Origin: a virus
Taxonomy: Duplodnaviria; Caudoviricetes
IMG/VR virus record: IMGVR_UViG_3300028805_000056
Span: 64,001 to 128,000 of that record
Direction: 5' to 3' (one strand)
Length of the DNA: 64,000 bases
Of this stretch, positions 9,155 to 19,226 are shown in pieces (the first letter of the stretch is position 1; every line of letters begins with the position of its first letter). The position numbers and the translations under genes are program-made. The notes under the pieces are model-generated. The model searched no databases, was not told the origin of the DNA, and saw only the letters and a program-made list of their open reading frames with translations.

Positions 9155-9617
9155 AGAAAGACCCTTATGTATGAGATGTGACCACGAGTTAGTCGAGGTT
9201 GATGCAGGGCTAACAGGAGAAGAACTTGGAGTAAGAGAATTTAACTGTCCCTATTGCGGTGAAATTGAAATATTCTATCCTTGCCCTGAGGAAGATAGGG
9301 AAAACTATGCCTATTATAATGATGAAAACGAGGATACACTCGGTGGTTGTGATCACGGATATCCCGGACTCTGCCCACAATGCGGCAGTCACATCATATG
9401 GGGTTCTGACTTTATGAGGTCAGAAGTGCTCGGTGATGTTGACGAGGACGATGTTGATGAGTATGGCATTCCTAATGATGATGCACTTGCAAGTAGCGTA
9501 CATTGCCCACACTGCGGAGCAAGTATTGATGTTATCGATGCAAAACCATCCGAATATCATCTATATCCTCTATATAAGAATTGCGAAAACACGGAAGAAG
9601 ATGATAGTACTACCTGA
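9126..9617 (+). CDS. Acidic zinc-ribbon protein
   Basis: Four CxxC pairs (CMRC, CPYC, CPQC, CPHC). Confidence 0.7.
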   Translation: MEKTMENECEERPLCMRCDHELVEVDAGLTGEELGVREFNCPYCGEIEIFYPCPEEDRENYAYYNDENEDTLGGCDHGYPGLCPQCGSHIIWGSDFMRSEVLGDVDEDDVDEYGIPNDDALASSVHCPHCGASIDVIDAKPSEYHLYPLYKNCENTEEDDSTT

Positions 9618-11265
9618 TATACACGGAAGAGATTTTTGGAAAGATGCGGTAAAGGGTCACGAGAATGAACTTATCATTTTTCTCGGAGACTATACTGATC
9701 CGTATAATTATGAGGGAATAACAAAGGAAAAGTGTCTTGAATCGATAAAAGAAGTCATAGCATTCAAAAAGGAACACCCTGACAATGTAATACTGTTGTT
9801 GGGAAACCACGACCTGAGTTACATCTATGACAGGGCACCTCAAGTCCGTTATGATTATCTGAATGCCGGTGAGATAAATAAACTGTTTATAAATAACATT
9901 GAACTCTTCCAAATCACGTACACAAAGGAAATAAACGGAAAGAGATACCTGTTCTCCCATTCAGGATTAATGCCCGAATGGTACAGATGGCACGAGAGAA
10001 ATGAGGAGATAGCACCAATAGAACTCGAACTTATGCCCGAGAAGATAAACGAAATGTTCAAAAACGACAGAGAACACATATGTAAATGGTTATCTGATGT
10101 TTCACCTGAACGTGGAGGAAGTTACTCAAGATGTTCGGGATTGGGGTCCTGTATATGGGGTGGAATCAGTGAATTGTACAGTTATCTCAAGAATCCAAGT
10201 TATGAGAACTTTACAAATACATTACAGATTGTAGGACACACACAATTAAGAGATACACCGGTAAATGAACGGAATTTCGTGTGTCTTGATGTAAGACGCG
10301 GATTTATATTGGATGAAGAGAGCGGAGAAATAACGGAAATGAATGGAAAAATAGTAAAGCCAAAGATGAAAGATGTGTTAGTTGTAGGTTCTGAAGGACA
10401 ATTAGGGCAAGAGATAACAAACAGATATCAATTGGTTGATAAGAATAATGCATATCACTTCACCACCTATGACGGAGAAAATAAACTTGACATAACTGAT
10501 TATGACTCTATCGAGAAATATGTTGAAAAATTACACATAGATTACATAGTGAATTGTGCAGCATATACAAATGTTGATAAGGCCGAGGAAGATTATGACA
10601 GCGCATATGATGTGAATGTGAAGGGTGTTGAAAATCTTGCGAAAATATGTAAGAAATATGACATAAAACTGATACACATTTCAACAGACTATGTGTTTGA
10701 CGGTGAGAAGAACGAGCCATATAAAGTTGATGATGCCACAAACCCAATAAACAACTATGGCTTGACAAAATGGCTTGGAGAACAGGCAATCAGAGATATC
10801 GGTTGTGACGCGCTTATAATAAGAACATCGTGGCTCTATTCATTATATGGCAATAATTTTGTCAAGAAGATGATAGAACTCTTCAATAAAAATGAAACAG
10901 TAAAGGTCGTAAGTGATCAATTCGGTTCACCAACAAATGCAATGGACTTGGCGGATTTCATCCTTACTGTACTTTCTGACGGTAATGTCAAAAACGAAAC
11001 GGTACAATTTTCAAACATCGGGGAAATATCGTGGTATGATTTTGCAAAGAAGATATATGAATATGCCATTGGCTTCGGAAATTCATTCAAATGCAATCAG
11101 ATTGTACCATGTAATACCGATGAATTCAAGACAATTGCAAAACGCCCGTATTACTCCGTAATGGACAAGAGCAAAATAAAGGAACTGTTTAACTATGATA
11201 TTCCAAATTGGGAAAATTCATTGAGAACATGCCTGTTGTATATGAACACCTTTAACTATTTATAG
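9601..11265 (+). CDS. rfbD: Metallophosphoesterase fused to dTDP-4-dehydrorhamnose reductase (RmlD/RfbD)
   Basis: N-half: DIHG, GDYTD, GNHD, SHSG, GHT. C-half from ~10366: GSEGQLG, NCAAYTNVDKAE, HISTDYVFDG, YGLTK, RTSWLY, DQFGSPT. Start at 9601. Confidence 0.85.
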   Translation: MIVLPDIHGRDFWKDAVKGHENELIIFLGDYTDPYNYEGITKEKCLESIKEVIAFKKEHPDNVILLLGNHDLSYIYDRAPQVRYDYLNAGEINKLFINNIELFQITYTKEINGKRYLFSHSGLMPEWYRWHERNEEIAPIELELMPEKINEMFKNDREHICKWLSDVSPERGGSYSRCSGLGSCIWGGISELYSYLKNPSYENFTNTLQIVGHTQLRDTPVNERNFVCLDVRRGFILDEESGEITEMNGKIVKPKMKDVLVVGSEGQLGQEITNRYQLVDKNNAYHFTTYDGENKLDITDYDSIEKYVEKLHIDYIVNCAAYTNVDKAEEDYDSAYDVNVKGVENLAKICKKYDIKLIHISTDYVFDGEKNEPYKVDDATNPINNYGLTKWLGEQAIRDIGCDALIIRTSWLYSLYGNNFVKKMIELFNKNETVKVVSDQFGSPTNAMDLADFILTVLSDGNVKNETVQFSNIGEISWYDFAKKIYEYAIGFGNSFKCNQIVPCNTDEFKTIAKRPYYSVMDKSKIKELFNYDIPNWENSLRTCLLYMNTFNYL

Positions 11266-11282
11266 AAAACAATTTTAAAGAT

Positions 11283-11642
11283 ATGGGAATATTCAATTTT
11301 TTATTTAAAAAGAAAAATGACGCGGATAAGAAAGAAACCGCTAAGATTGAGGAACTTACATCTTCAGACATTGTCGTTGAGGAGAAAGAAAAAGAAACAG
11401 TTGTACCTAAAAAGGAATACACTTGTGAAATCCCCCTTTATGGACAATACAACTGGTTAGATGTTCAAGTGGAAACAAAGATGAAATACAGTGTCGAGGA
11501 CGGTAAATTGATTGTAAAGTCAGAAAACCCGATTCGTAAATCAAATGTGTCTGAAGACGTGACTGAAATTACAGTTAGAAGTCTTAAAGAAGTTAATAAA
11601 ATTATCCTGAACAAAGAACAAGGTCTAATTGAAGTTAAGTGA
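11283..11642 (+). CDS. Hypothetical protein
   Basis: 119 aa ORF between rmlD and rmlA. Confidence 0.65.
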   Translation: MGIFNFLFKKKNDADKKETAKIEELTSSDIVVEEKEKETVVPKKEYTCEIPLYGQYNWLDVQVETKMKYSVEDGKLIVKSENPIRKSNVSEDVTEITVRSLKEVNKIILNKEQGLIEVK

Positions 11643-11643
11643 C

Positions 11644-12552
11644 ATGAAGGGAATCGTACTTGCAGGAGGAAGTGGTACAAGACTTTATCCAATTACAATG
11701 GGTGTTTCAAAACAACTTATCCCCGTTTATGACAAGCCAATGGTGTATTACCCGTTATCCGTACTTATGCTTGCGGGAATAAGAGATGTTATGATAATAT
11801 CAACACCGGATGATATAAGTGGTTTCAAACGTCTTTTCGGAGATGGAAGCGAACTTGGTATAAACCTCACCTATGGGACTCAGGATAAACCTGAAGGTAT
11901 TGCACAATCATTTCTCATTGCAGAGAAATACGGGTTTTTAAAAGAAGGGGAACCTTGTGCATTAATACTTGGAGATAACATTTTCTATAGTGCGGGATTA
12001 ACTGATGACCTTGTAGAAGCCGCAGGTTATGCCAAGAGTATAAAAGTTCCGCTTGCCACAATTTTCGGAATTCAAGTAAAAGACCCCGAAAGATATGGTA
12101 TAGTTGAAACAGCAGATGACGGTTATGGCGAATATATCGTTAGTATAGAAGAAAAACCAAAGCATCCAAAGTCAGACATTTGTGTGACAGGACTCTATTT
12201 CTATCCGAGTGACATATTAGATAAAGCGCACAATGTTGTACCTTCTGATCGCGGTGAATTGGAAATCACAAGTATCAATCAGATGTATCTCGATGAGCAT
12301 AAACTCAGTCTCAATAAATTAAAACGCGGAAGTGTGTGGCTTGACACAGGAACTTTTGACAGTCTATATGAGGCTTCGGCATTTGTCGAGACAATAGAAA
12401 AGAGGAGTGGTACAATGATATGTTGTCCTGAGGAAATCGCCTATAATAACGGTTGGATAGATTTGGAAACCTTATTGAAACGAGGTGAGGTGATGAAAAA
12501 CAATAACTACGGACAATATCTGTTGTCATTAAAAAAAAGGAACCCGAATTGA
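11644..12552 (+). CDS. rfbA: Glucose-1-phosphate thymidylyltransferase (RmlA/RfbA)
   Basis: MKGIVLAGGSGTRLYPIT..SKQL.PVYDKPMVYYPLS, LGDNIF, EEKP, RGELEIT, WLDTGT. Confidence 0.95.
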   Translation: MKGIVLAGGSGTRLYPITMGVSKQLIPVYDKPMVYYPLSVLMLAGIRDVMIISTPDDISGFKRLFGDGSELGINLTYGTQDKPEGIAQSFLIAEKYGFLKEGEPCALILGDNIFYSAGLTDDLVEAAGYAKSIKVPLATIFGIQVKDPERYGIVETADDGYGEYIVSIEEKPKHPKSDICVTGLYFYPSDILDKAHNVVPSDRGELEITSINQMYLDEHKLSLNKLKRGSVWLDTGTFDSLYEASAFVETIEKRSGTMICCPEEIAYNNGWIDLETLLKRGEVMKNNNYGQYLLSLKKRNPN

Positions 12553-12566
12553 GTTCCTTTTTTTTT
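12531..12566. terminator. Bidirectional terminator
   Basis: A8-GGAAC..GTTCC-T-tract between convergent genes. Confidence 0.6.
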
Positions 12567-12589
12567 CTTATTTTATCTGTCATCAGTCT

Positions 12590-15500
12590 CTAAGTGTAAA
12601 CTATAGTCCAAGGATAACTTAGCCATTCGGCGCTTGCTTCTAATGCACTCTGCATTCTACTTGGAAGTGTTAGTGTTGTTCCGGGCGCAACGTTACCAAA
12701 CGTAGAGTCTGTAATTACAGGAAGTGCTGTTTCAGCCGCCACTGGACTTATTGTAATTCCACTGATTACTTCTCCCCTGAAAGATAGGCCTTCAAGGGTA
12801 ACATTACTTGTATATCCACTAAATAAAATATTGTATTTATTTGTAAGAGTTGTTGAAAAGGCATTGCTTCTTACTATTGTGGCATCATCACTGTTATTTG
12901 TTGGTGAATAGAACGTTATCCCCCCATTAAATTTCACGTTAAAGAATGCAAAACTTGATATTTCTTTTCCTCTGAAGACATTACCAAATCCTGTTCCGCC
13001 CATTGTTTCCAATTCCAAGTTTGTGCAATAGGCAAAAGCCGAAACCTTTATTTTTTTAACAGATGTCGGTATGGAAATATTTAACGTCGTATTATCACAA
13101 TTATTGAAAAATGAAGCCGGTATTTCATCGGATACACCATAATCAGTACCTGAACCACCTAACCACACCATTTGTAAATTATGACAATTCTCGAACACGC
13201 CAATTCCGCTGCTGTTAGGATCAAGTTCATATTTATCGATAGTAACCTCGCTTATATTAGTATCTTTGAATACATATTTTCCGGAAATGGTAACACTAGA
13301 ACCAATGTGTACAGATCCTTCCAAACCACTTTTATAAAAAGTGTAGGAACCCAATTGTGAAAAATCACCGCTCGTTCCAAAGTCAAGCGTTTTAAGTGAA
13401 CTGCAATTCTCAAATGTGCGTTCGGTTGTGATTGCACTACACGGTATAGTAACAGACGACAATGAAGTATCAAAAAGAAATGAATCTTTAAGATTAGATG
13501 CATTATCGGGTAATGACGCTTTCACGAGTGAAGGACAAAGTGCTAGTATAGTGTTAAAATCAGTTGGAATGTTATTATGTGACTCAAACGTTATTAAGTT
13601 TTCACAACCATAAAAAGTACCCGCCATTTGTGTGCCGGCATAATATTTTATTGATGTAACATAGGGATTGTAAGTTAAAGTATAACAACTCACGGATGGT
13701 TTTAAAAACAACGTTAAATGATGATTTCCCGAGGTTGTAAAATTATATTCTTTTGTTCCTCTATTATATGTATTTCCGGACCGTATACAAGCAGCAAGGT
13801 CGCCATTTATGTCTTTATATCCGGTATCGCCTGTCGGTATATTGAAGTCTAAATCAATATGACCCATACGTCTACTATTCCACCCATAATATCCAAGATA
13901 ATACTGAGTTCTTCCATTAATGAAATTACTTGTTAAAGTTGTCCAGACAAATGTGGATAAGTCTCCGCGATAATAAAAAGTACCATTTTGTTTTACCTTA
14001 AAGAACGTGGTGTTGTTACCAATAGTACATGCACTTGTCAGACAAAAGATTTCCTCTAAAGATGTTGCGCCACTGAAAACATTATTTCCAATAGAACTCA
14101 AACTTGGCGGTAATGTTATCGAAGAAAGTGCCGAACAAGCGCGAAATGAATAATGGTCAAGTAAAGTCACACTGTTTGGAAGTTCAACATCTGTCAGACT
14201 TGTACATCCCTCAAAATAATATTGTCCGAGTGTGGTGAATGTTGAACCGCTTCCAAACTTGACACTTTTAAGTGACGTACATTGTTGGAATGTCCTAACC
14301 GGATTGGTTGTCACATTTCCAAGTACAATATTTTCCAAAGAACTGCACCCGGAAAATGCGGCATTTGCAATAGAGGTTACTTTAGATGTATCTATTTCAG
14401 TCAAACTGCTACAACGTGTAAAGCCTGAAGCCCCTATTTGTCTTACGGTTGTTGGTAACGTTATGTTTTCAAGTGAGGAACAGCCAAAAAATGCCGCTTC
14501 CTGCACTTGTGTGAATGTTCCGCCAAGTGATGCCGTTGTCAACTTTGTACATCCCGAAAATGAGCCATTACCAAGAGAAGTCAGGTTTGATGCAGTAACA
14601 CTATCTAAATTAGTGCACCCCTTAAATGCACTAACTCCAATTACCGTTGTATTGGTACTTAGTATGACCTTATATAATGCTGTCGTGCCTGAGAAAGAAC
14701 CCGCATTAACATAGCCGCTTGGATATTTTACAACATGTAAATTATCGGTCATTGTTTCTGTGAAGGTATATGAGGATGCGGCAGGATACAATGTTCCGTC
14801 CACATACATTTGTGCTGTGGTTGTTCCACCACTTGTATCTCCACTACCGGGTCCGCCACCTGATCCTGGCAGTCCTGAAATATAAGAAGCATTACACAGT
14901 TTAGTTACTGAGTTTGTTGCTGCACTATATAAGAATGTATCCCAATCTATATCGTTTTCATTAATCCAATGATAGTATCCAAGATAATATGCGGCTGTAC
15001 TTAGCATATTCCCAATACTGTTGGTATTAGGATGAGATAACACACCGTAGGACGCAATACCTTCAAATGTTTTATTTTTGATAGATGGCGCCGTTGAACC
15101 GACATAATTAATATTTTTCAATTTAGAACAACCATCAAAACAAGAAAGCGAGATTGTTGTTACTGCTGAAAATGCGGGTAACTTCAAACTTCTCAAATTG
15201 TTACATGCGTCGAAACATCCGGTATCAATTGTTATTGCCGTAGCGTTAATGTCAATATTATTAATGGAAGAACCGCTTTTGAAAGCATTAATGCCAATCG
15301 AAGTAACCTGAGATGGTAATATGACACTTCTGATATGAGAAGTGGTACCCGAAAATGCACGATCAGGAACATTTTTATACAGTGGTAAGAAGAATCTCAA
15401 TTCACTGTTATCATTAGTAAAACCTGTTGCCTCCTTATCACCCTCAACCGGTAACGGGTTTACCCCATTAATGGTAAATGCCCCAAGCCATTTTTCATTT

Positions 15501-17455
15501 GTGCCGGTGAAAGAACTGTCGGATAGGCTAAATTTAATGGTACCTTCATCTCCTTTGATCTCCGTCATCTGATTGAAATCCCATGATGCGGGGAATCTTG
15601 AACTGAAGGATGTAATTCCTGAACAAGTGTCAAACATATAGAATACGTGACCGCTTTCAGGAAGAACATATGGTGCTGTGCTTCCGCTAAATGCGTTACT
15701 TGCAATAGTTGTAGGTGGGGTTTTACCCTCAAATACTATATTAGTCAAACAATCACAATGACAGAATGAGACACCGCTAATTGTTTTTATATTCGGTCCG
15801 AATACAAGTTCCTCCATTTCTTGCAAATATCCGAAAGCATAGTATCCAACTGTCTCTACGTTATTCAAAAAGAGATACTTTACTTTTCTTGCATTACTGA
15901 AAGCCTCTTTCGCAATAGTTTTAACATTCGGTCCAAATTTAATATTTTCTAATTTATGAGTACCTTTGAACATACCCTCTCCCATTACTGGCGAGTTGTA
16001 TTCAACGGACGTTAATGACTTACAAAACAAAAATACTTCAGTTCCTGCACTAACAAGCTGTTCGGATATGATTATATCACATTCAAGTAGAGTACAGCCA
16101 GAGAATGCCTGAGTACCTAAAATTTCAACGTTAGTTGGGAATAGGTTATATTCATCAGTCCCTTCCACACCTCCGCCGAAAATCTTTAATTTTGAACACC
16201 CACAAAAGGCTTGACTATGAATTTCCTTTAGGGTTGTTATATCCTCAAACGTTACGGATGTAAGGTTTATACAGTTTTTAAATGCGTCGGTAGAAATCAC
16301 CGTACAGGATGCGGGTATTACAATACTTGTAAGTCCGGAACAGTTTTCAAATGCGTGTTCACCAATAGTTCTCAATGTATTCGGAAGAGTAATGTTGTTT
16401 AGACGATAACACCCGTTAAATGTACTATATGGAAGTTCTGTTAATGTTGAATTCTCACCAAAATTAAAAGTCTCCAAATTATGACATTCTCCGAACACGG
16501 CGTTACCAAGTTCGTTTATCGTATCACAATCAACCCTTGTAAGACTAGAACAGGCGATAAAGGCCCACGTTCCTATAGAAGTGACATCTTCACCAAGTTC
16601 TACGTATTGTAAGTTACCACAAAATCCAAAGCAACCGCCGGGCACTTCACTTTGATATAATACTCTTGATGTAATCAGTCCGCTCAATGAATTAAACGAT
16701 ATTACCGGATCAGCACCTTCTTCTACAGTACTTCCTGATGTTATAAAACGTGCTGCGGTCTTTCTACCATCATTTGGTACGCTTGTTGTAAATGTCGGAG
16801 CATACTCATATACTATAGTGTTTCCACTTGCAAACAATTGGTTTCTAACATCATCGTTAACAGTTATTAAATCAAGTGTGGTAGAAACCGATGTTGATAA
16901 ATGATAAGTGTTTAGGAACATTGGATTGGGCTTAATACCAACAACACTGAGTTTTGGACACTGGTTTTCTTGCGGCACTTGTTTAAAATTGAAATATGAT
17001 GATAGGTAATTATTCGTTGAAGAATAATATGGTGCATAATTCATCTCAAGCCTTTGTTGCAAAAGTAATGATGATTGTATTATAGATAAATCTCTAACGG
17101 TACCTATTTTTCTATTATCAGTCATATACGTAAAAGAGGCTTGTTCAAGTGTTGGTGCAGTTATGCCACTCTCTCTATCAAAACCAGGACGATACGCCGT
17201 AAGATTCGTGTTAGAACTATTTCCACTTGTTGACGACCATATTGCGACACCATCCGCATCACCAATCGCCACTAAACAAGAGTTGTTTCCTAAAAGCGTA
17301 TTTCCCGTATTAGGTACAGGATTTCCATTAATGGTTGCTCCGGCAATATTTGCCGATTCTGGTGTACCGGATATAATAAGGACACCGCCCAACGTACCCG
17401 GATTATTGTCGCCATATTCGGTATACCTTTTTAGTTTTAACTTATATAAACTCAT
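12590..17455 (-). CDS. Large BspA-type leucine-rich-repeat (LRR_5) protein
   Basis: 1621 aa; many IGxxAFxxCxxLxxI/V repeats in several blocks; no signal peptide; TATTTATA upstream (17478-17485, minus). Confidence 0.88.
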   Translation of the reverse strand: MSLYKLKLKRYTEYGDNNPGTLGGVLIISGTPESANIAGATINGNPVPNTGNTLLGNNSCLVAIGDADGVAIWSSTSGNSSNTNLTAYRPGFDRESGITAPTLEQASFTYMTDNRKIGTVRDLSIIQSSLLLQQRLEMNYAPYYSSTNNYLSSYFNFKQVPQENQCPKLSVVGIKPNPMFLNTYHLSTSVSTTLDLITVNDDVRNQLFASGNTIVYEYAPTFTTSVPNDGRKTAARFITSGSTVEEGADPVISFNSLSGLITSRVLYQSEVPGGCFGFCGNLQYVELGEDVTSIGTWAFIACSSLTRVDCDTINELGNAVFGECHNLETFNFGENSTLTELPYSTFNGCYRLNNITLPNTLRTIGEHAFENCSGLTSIVIPASCTVISTDAFKNCINLTSVTFEDITTLKEIHSQAFCGCSKLKIFGGGVEGTDEYNLFPTNVEILGTQAFSGCTLLECDIIISEQLVSAGTEVFLFCKSLTSVEYNSPVMGEGMFKGTHKLENIKFGPNVKTIAKEAFSNARKVKYLFLNNVETVGYYAFGYLQEMEELVFGPNIKTISGVSFCHCDCLTNIVFEGKTPPTTIASNAFSGSTAPYVLPESGHVFYMFDTCSGITSFSSRFPASWDFNQMTEIKGDEGTIKFSLSDSSFTGTNEKWLGAFTINGVNPLPVEGDKEATGFTNDNSELRFFLPLYKNVPDRAFSGTTSHIRSVILPSQVTSIGINAFKSGSSINNIDINATAITIDTGCFDACNNLRSLKLPAFSAVTTISLSCFDGCSKLKNINYVGSTAPSIKNKTFEGIASYGVLSHPNTNSIGNMLSTAAYYLGYYHWINENDIDWDTFLYSAATNSVTKLCNASYISGLPGSGGGPGSGDTSGGTTTAQMYVDGTLYPAASSYTFTETMTDNLHVVKYPSGYVNAGSFSGTTALYKVILSTNTTVIGVSAFKGCTNLDSVTASNLTSLGNGSFSGCTKLTTASLGGTFTQVQEAAFFGCSSLENITLPTTVRQIGASGFTRCSSLTEIDTSKVTSIANAAFSGCSSLENIVLGNVTTNPVRTFQQCTSLKSVKFGSGSTFTTLGQYYFEGCTSLTDVELPNSVTLLDHYSFRACSALSSITLPPSLSSIGNNVFSGATSLEEIFCLTSACTIGNNTTFFKVKQNGTFYYRGDLSTFVWTTLTSNFINGRTQYYLGYYGWNSRRMGHIDLDFNIPTGDTGYKDINGDLAACIRSGNTYNRGTKEYNFTTSGNHHLTLFLKPSVSCYTLTYNPYVTSIKYYAGTQMAGTFYGCENLITFESHNNIPTDFNTILALCPSLVKASLPDNASNLKDSFLFDTSLSSVTIPCSAITTERTFENCSSLKTLDFGTSGDFSQLGSYTFYKSGLEGSVHIGSSVTISGKYVFKDTNISEVTIDKYELDPNSSGIGVFENCHNLQMVWLGGSGTDYGVSDEIPASFFNNCDNTTLNISIPTSVKKIKVSAFAYCTNLELETMGGTGFGNVFRGKEISSFAFFNVKFNGGITFYSPTNNSDDATIVRSNAFSTTLTNKYNILFSGYTSNVTLEGLSFRGEVISGITISPVAAETALPVITDSTFGNVAPGTTLTLPSRMQSALEASAEWLSYPWTIVYT

Positions 17456-17563
17456 ATTATATGTTTGTTTTATCTCTTATAAATATTTTTGTTTGTATAT
17501 TTATGACGTTAAAAAATAAAAGTATTTTTGTATATTTACGTCGATCAATAATTTTGGGATGAT

Positions 17564-17785
17564 ATGTTAACGAAGGATTTTATTGACGGTTTTACACAAA
17601 TTGAGGAAATTTTAAAGACAAGCGAGACCGAAGAACAATTCGGAAAGACAAAACAATGGGCACTCACATACATTGACAATGAGAGAAGATTCCAAAGGAA
17701 AAAGTATTTCTTTTTCTTAAGGAAATATGTCGATGAAATATATGACGTGTTCTATGAAATAATTCTACATAAGAAATTTAAATAA
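17564..17785 (+). CDS. Hypothetical protein
   Basis: 73 aa ORF. Confidence 0.5.
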   Translation: MLTKDFIDGFTQIEEILKTSETEEQFGKTKQWALTYIDNERRFQRKKYFFFLRKYVDEIYDVFYEIILHKKFK

Positions 17786-17820
17786 CATTATAAAACAAAT
17801 AAATTAATTTTTTTAAAACT

Positions 17821-18867
17821 ATGAGAAAATTCATTTTTAGTTTGGTCATCATGATGATGACCGTGATGAGTGCTAATGCACAGACAGCTCTTCAGGAGCA
17901 GAAGTTTTTTGACAACGTGTTTGTCAGTGTAGGCGGCGGTGTATCAACCCCACTTGATTTCAATTCAGTATTCCCACTGAATCCATCTGCCACAATTTCA
18001 GTAGGTAAGTGGTTCAACCCTGTTGTTGGTGCAGAAATCGAAGGTACCGCTTGGTTCGGTAGCCACGACTCCCAAGGTACAGAAAACCGTTGGGACCTGA
18101 CGACTACACACAATGCCTTCCGTGGCAGTTACGTGGGACTTAACGGACTCGTTAACTTTAACAACCTTTTCTGTGGATATAACGGAAACCGCAGATTTTT
18201 CGAGGTTAACGGCGTTGTCGGTCTCGGTTGGGAACACTTCTATCGTCCCGGAGTGAATGACAGATATTCAAATGGACTTGGTGTTAAGACAGGTCTTGAT
18301 CTCGCATTCAATCTCGGTAAGCAACGTGAACACGCAGTAAGTATCCGACCAGCAGTTCTTTGGAATTTGAGTAGCCCCGGTAATGCAGTTAATGGTTTAG
18401 CATTTAACAAGATGGGTGCACAACTCTATCTCGGTGTCGCTTACACCTATCATTTCAAGACAAGCAATGGCACGCATTCATTCAAGAAGTATGATGTGAC
18501 ACCTGTTGATCCTAAGGTAATCGAGAAGATTGTTGAGAAGAAGGTCGTTGTCAATAAGGAAGTTGTCAAGGAGGTTGTAAAGCCTGTTCAGAACACTTGG
18601 ACTGTTTACTTTGCAAAGAACAGCGATGTATTGACAGATGCAGCAAAGGCTGAACTTGACAAGATTGGTCAGAATGCTGTTGTTGAGATATATGCAACCG
18701 CTTCTCCTGAGGGAACTGACGAATACAATCTCGCACTTTCACAGAAACGTGCTGACGCTGTAAAGGCTTATCTTGAAAAGCGTGGTGTTAAGGTTGCCGG
18801 CGCTGAAGGCCGTGGTGTAATTGGTCCTGAGTCAAACCGTGTTGCGGTTGTGACAATGGCAGAGTAA
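17821..18867 (+). CDS. OmpA-family outer membrane protein (Prevotella/Bacteroides type)
   Basis: Signal peptide ending ANA-Q; beta-barrel region ending VAYTYHF; OmpA C-domain VYFAKNS..ASPEGTDEYNLALSQKRADAV. Confidence 0.9.
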   Translation: MRKFIFSLVIMMMTVMSANAQTALQEQKFFDNVFVSVGGGVSTPLDFNSVFPLNPSATISVGKWFNPVVGAEIEGTAWFGSHDSQGTENRWDLTTTHNAFRGSYVGLNGLVNFNNLFCGYNGNRRFFEVNGVVGLGWEHFYRPGVNDRYSNGLGVKTGLDLAFNLGKQREHAVSIRPAVLWNLSSPGNAVNGLAFNKMGAQLYLGVAYTYHFKTSNGTHSFKKYDVTPVDPKVIEKIVEKKVVVNKEVVKEVVKPVQNTWTVYFAKNSDVLTDAAKAELDKIGQNAVVEIYATASPEGTDEYNLALSQKRADAVKAYLEKRGVKVAGAEGRGVIGPESNRVAVVTMAE

Positions 18868-18903
18868 AAAAATGGTGGTGTACATAGTAGTACACCATTA
18901 CTT

Positions 18904-18978
18904 GCAAGTGTCGCCTAGATGGTTATGGCATCTGATTTCCATTCAGAAATAACGAGGGTTCGAGTCCCTTCACTTGCT
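18904..18978 (+). tRNA. tRNA-Gly (TCC)
   Basis: Acceptor GCAAGTG/CACTTGC, anticodon arm TCTGA-TT-TCC-AT-TCAGA, T-arm GAGGG-TTCGAGT-CCCTT. Confidence 0.93.
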
Positions 18979-19008
18979 CAATTTTAAAACTTTAAAATTC
19001 AATTTTTT

Positions 19009-19224
19009 ATGAAAGCAGATTTGGAAGATTTGGAACGTGAACTTTGGTTAAGGAAGAGGGAACGTGGACAAATACTTTGGGAGACAAAGGATGGAAAAAA
19101 AATTGCGATTAAGGATATGACAGATTCCCATCTGATGAATGCAATTAACCATTGCATAAAAACAAATGAATACAATGCAATTGCCGCAGATTATGAGGCA
19201 TATATAGATGAAAGATTTGGATAA
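19009..19224 (+). CDS. Hypothetical phage protein
   Basis: 71 aa; WETKDGKKIAIKDMTDSHLMNAI. Confidence 0.65.
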   Translation: MKADLEDLERELWLRKRERGQILWETKDGKKIAIKDMTDSHLMNAINHCIKTNEYNAIAADYEAYIDERFG

Positions 19225-19226
19225 AC

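Noticed and set aside
9433-9600. Upstream extensions of ORF-track starts (9433, 4942, 22080, 31813, 43383, 50285, 51146, 59413)
   Set aside because: They run through upstream genes, terminators or promoter elements; downstream ATGs match domain starts.
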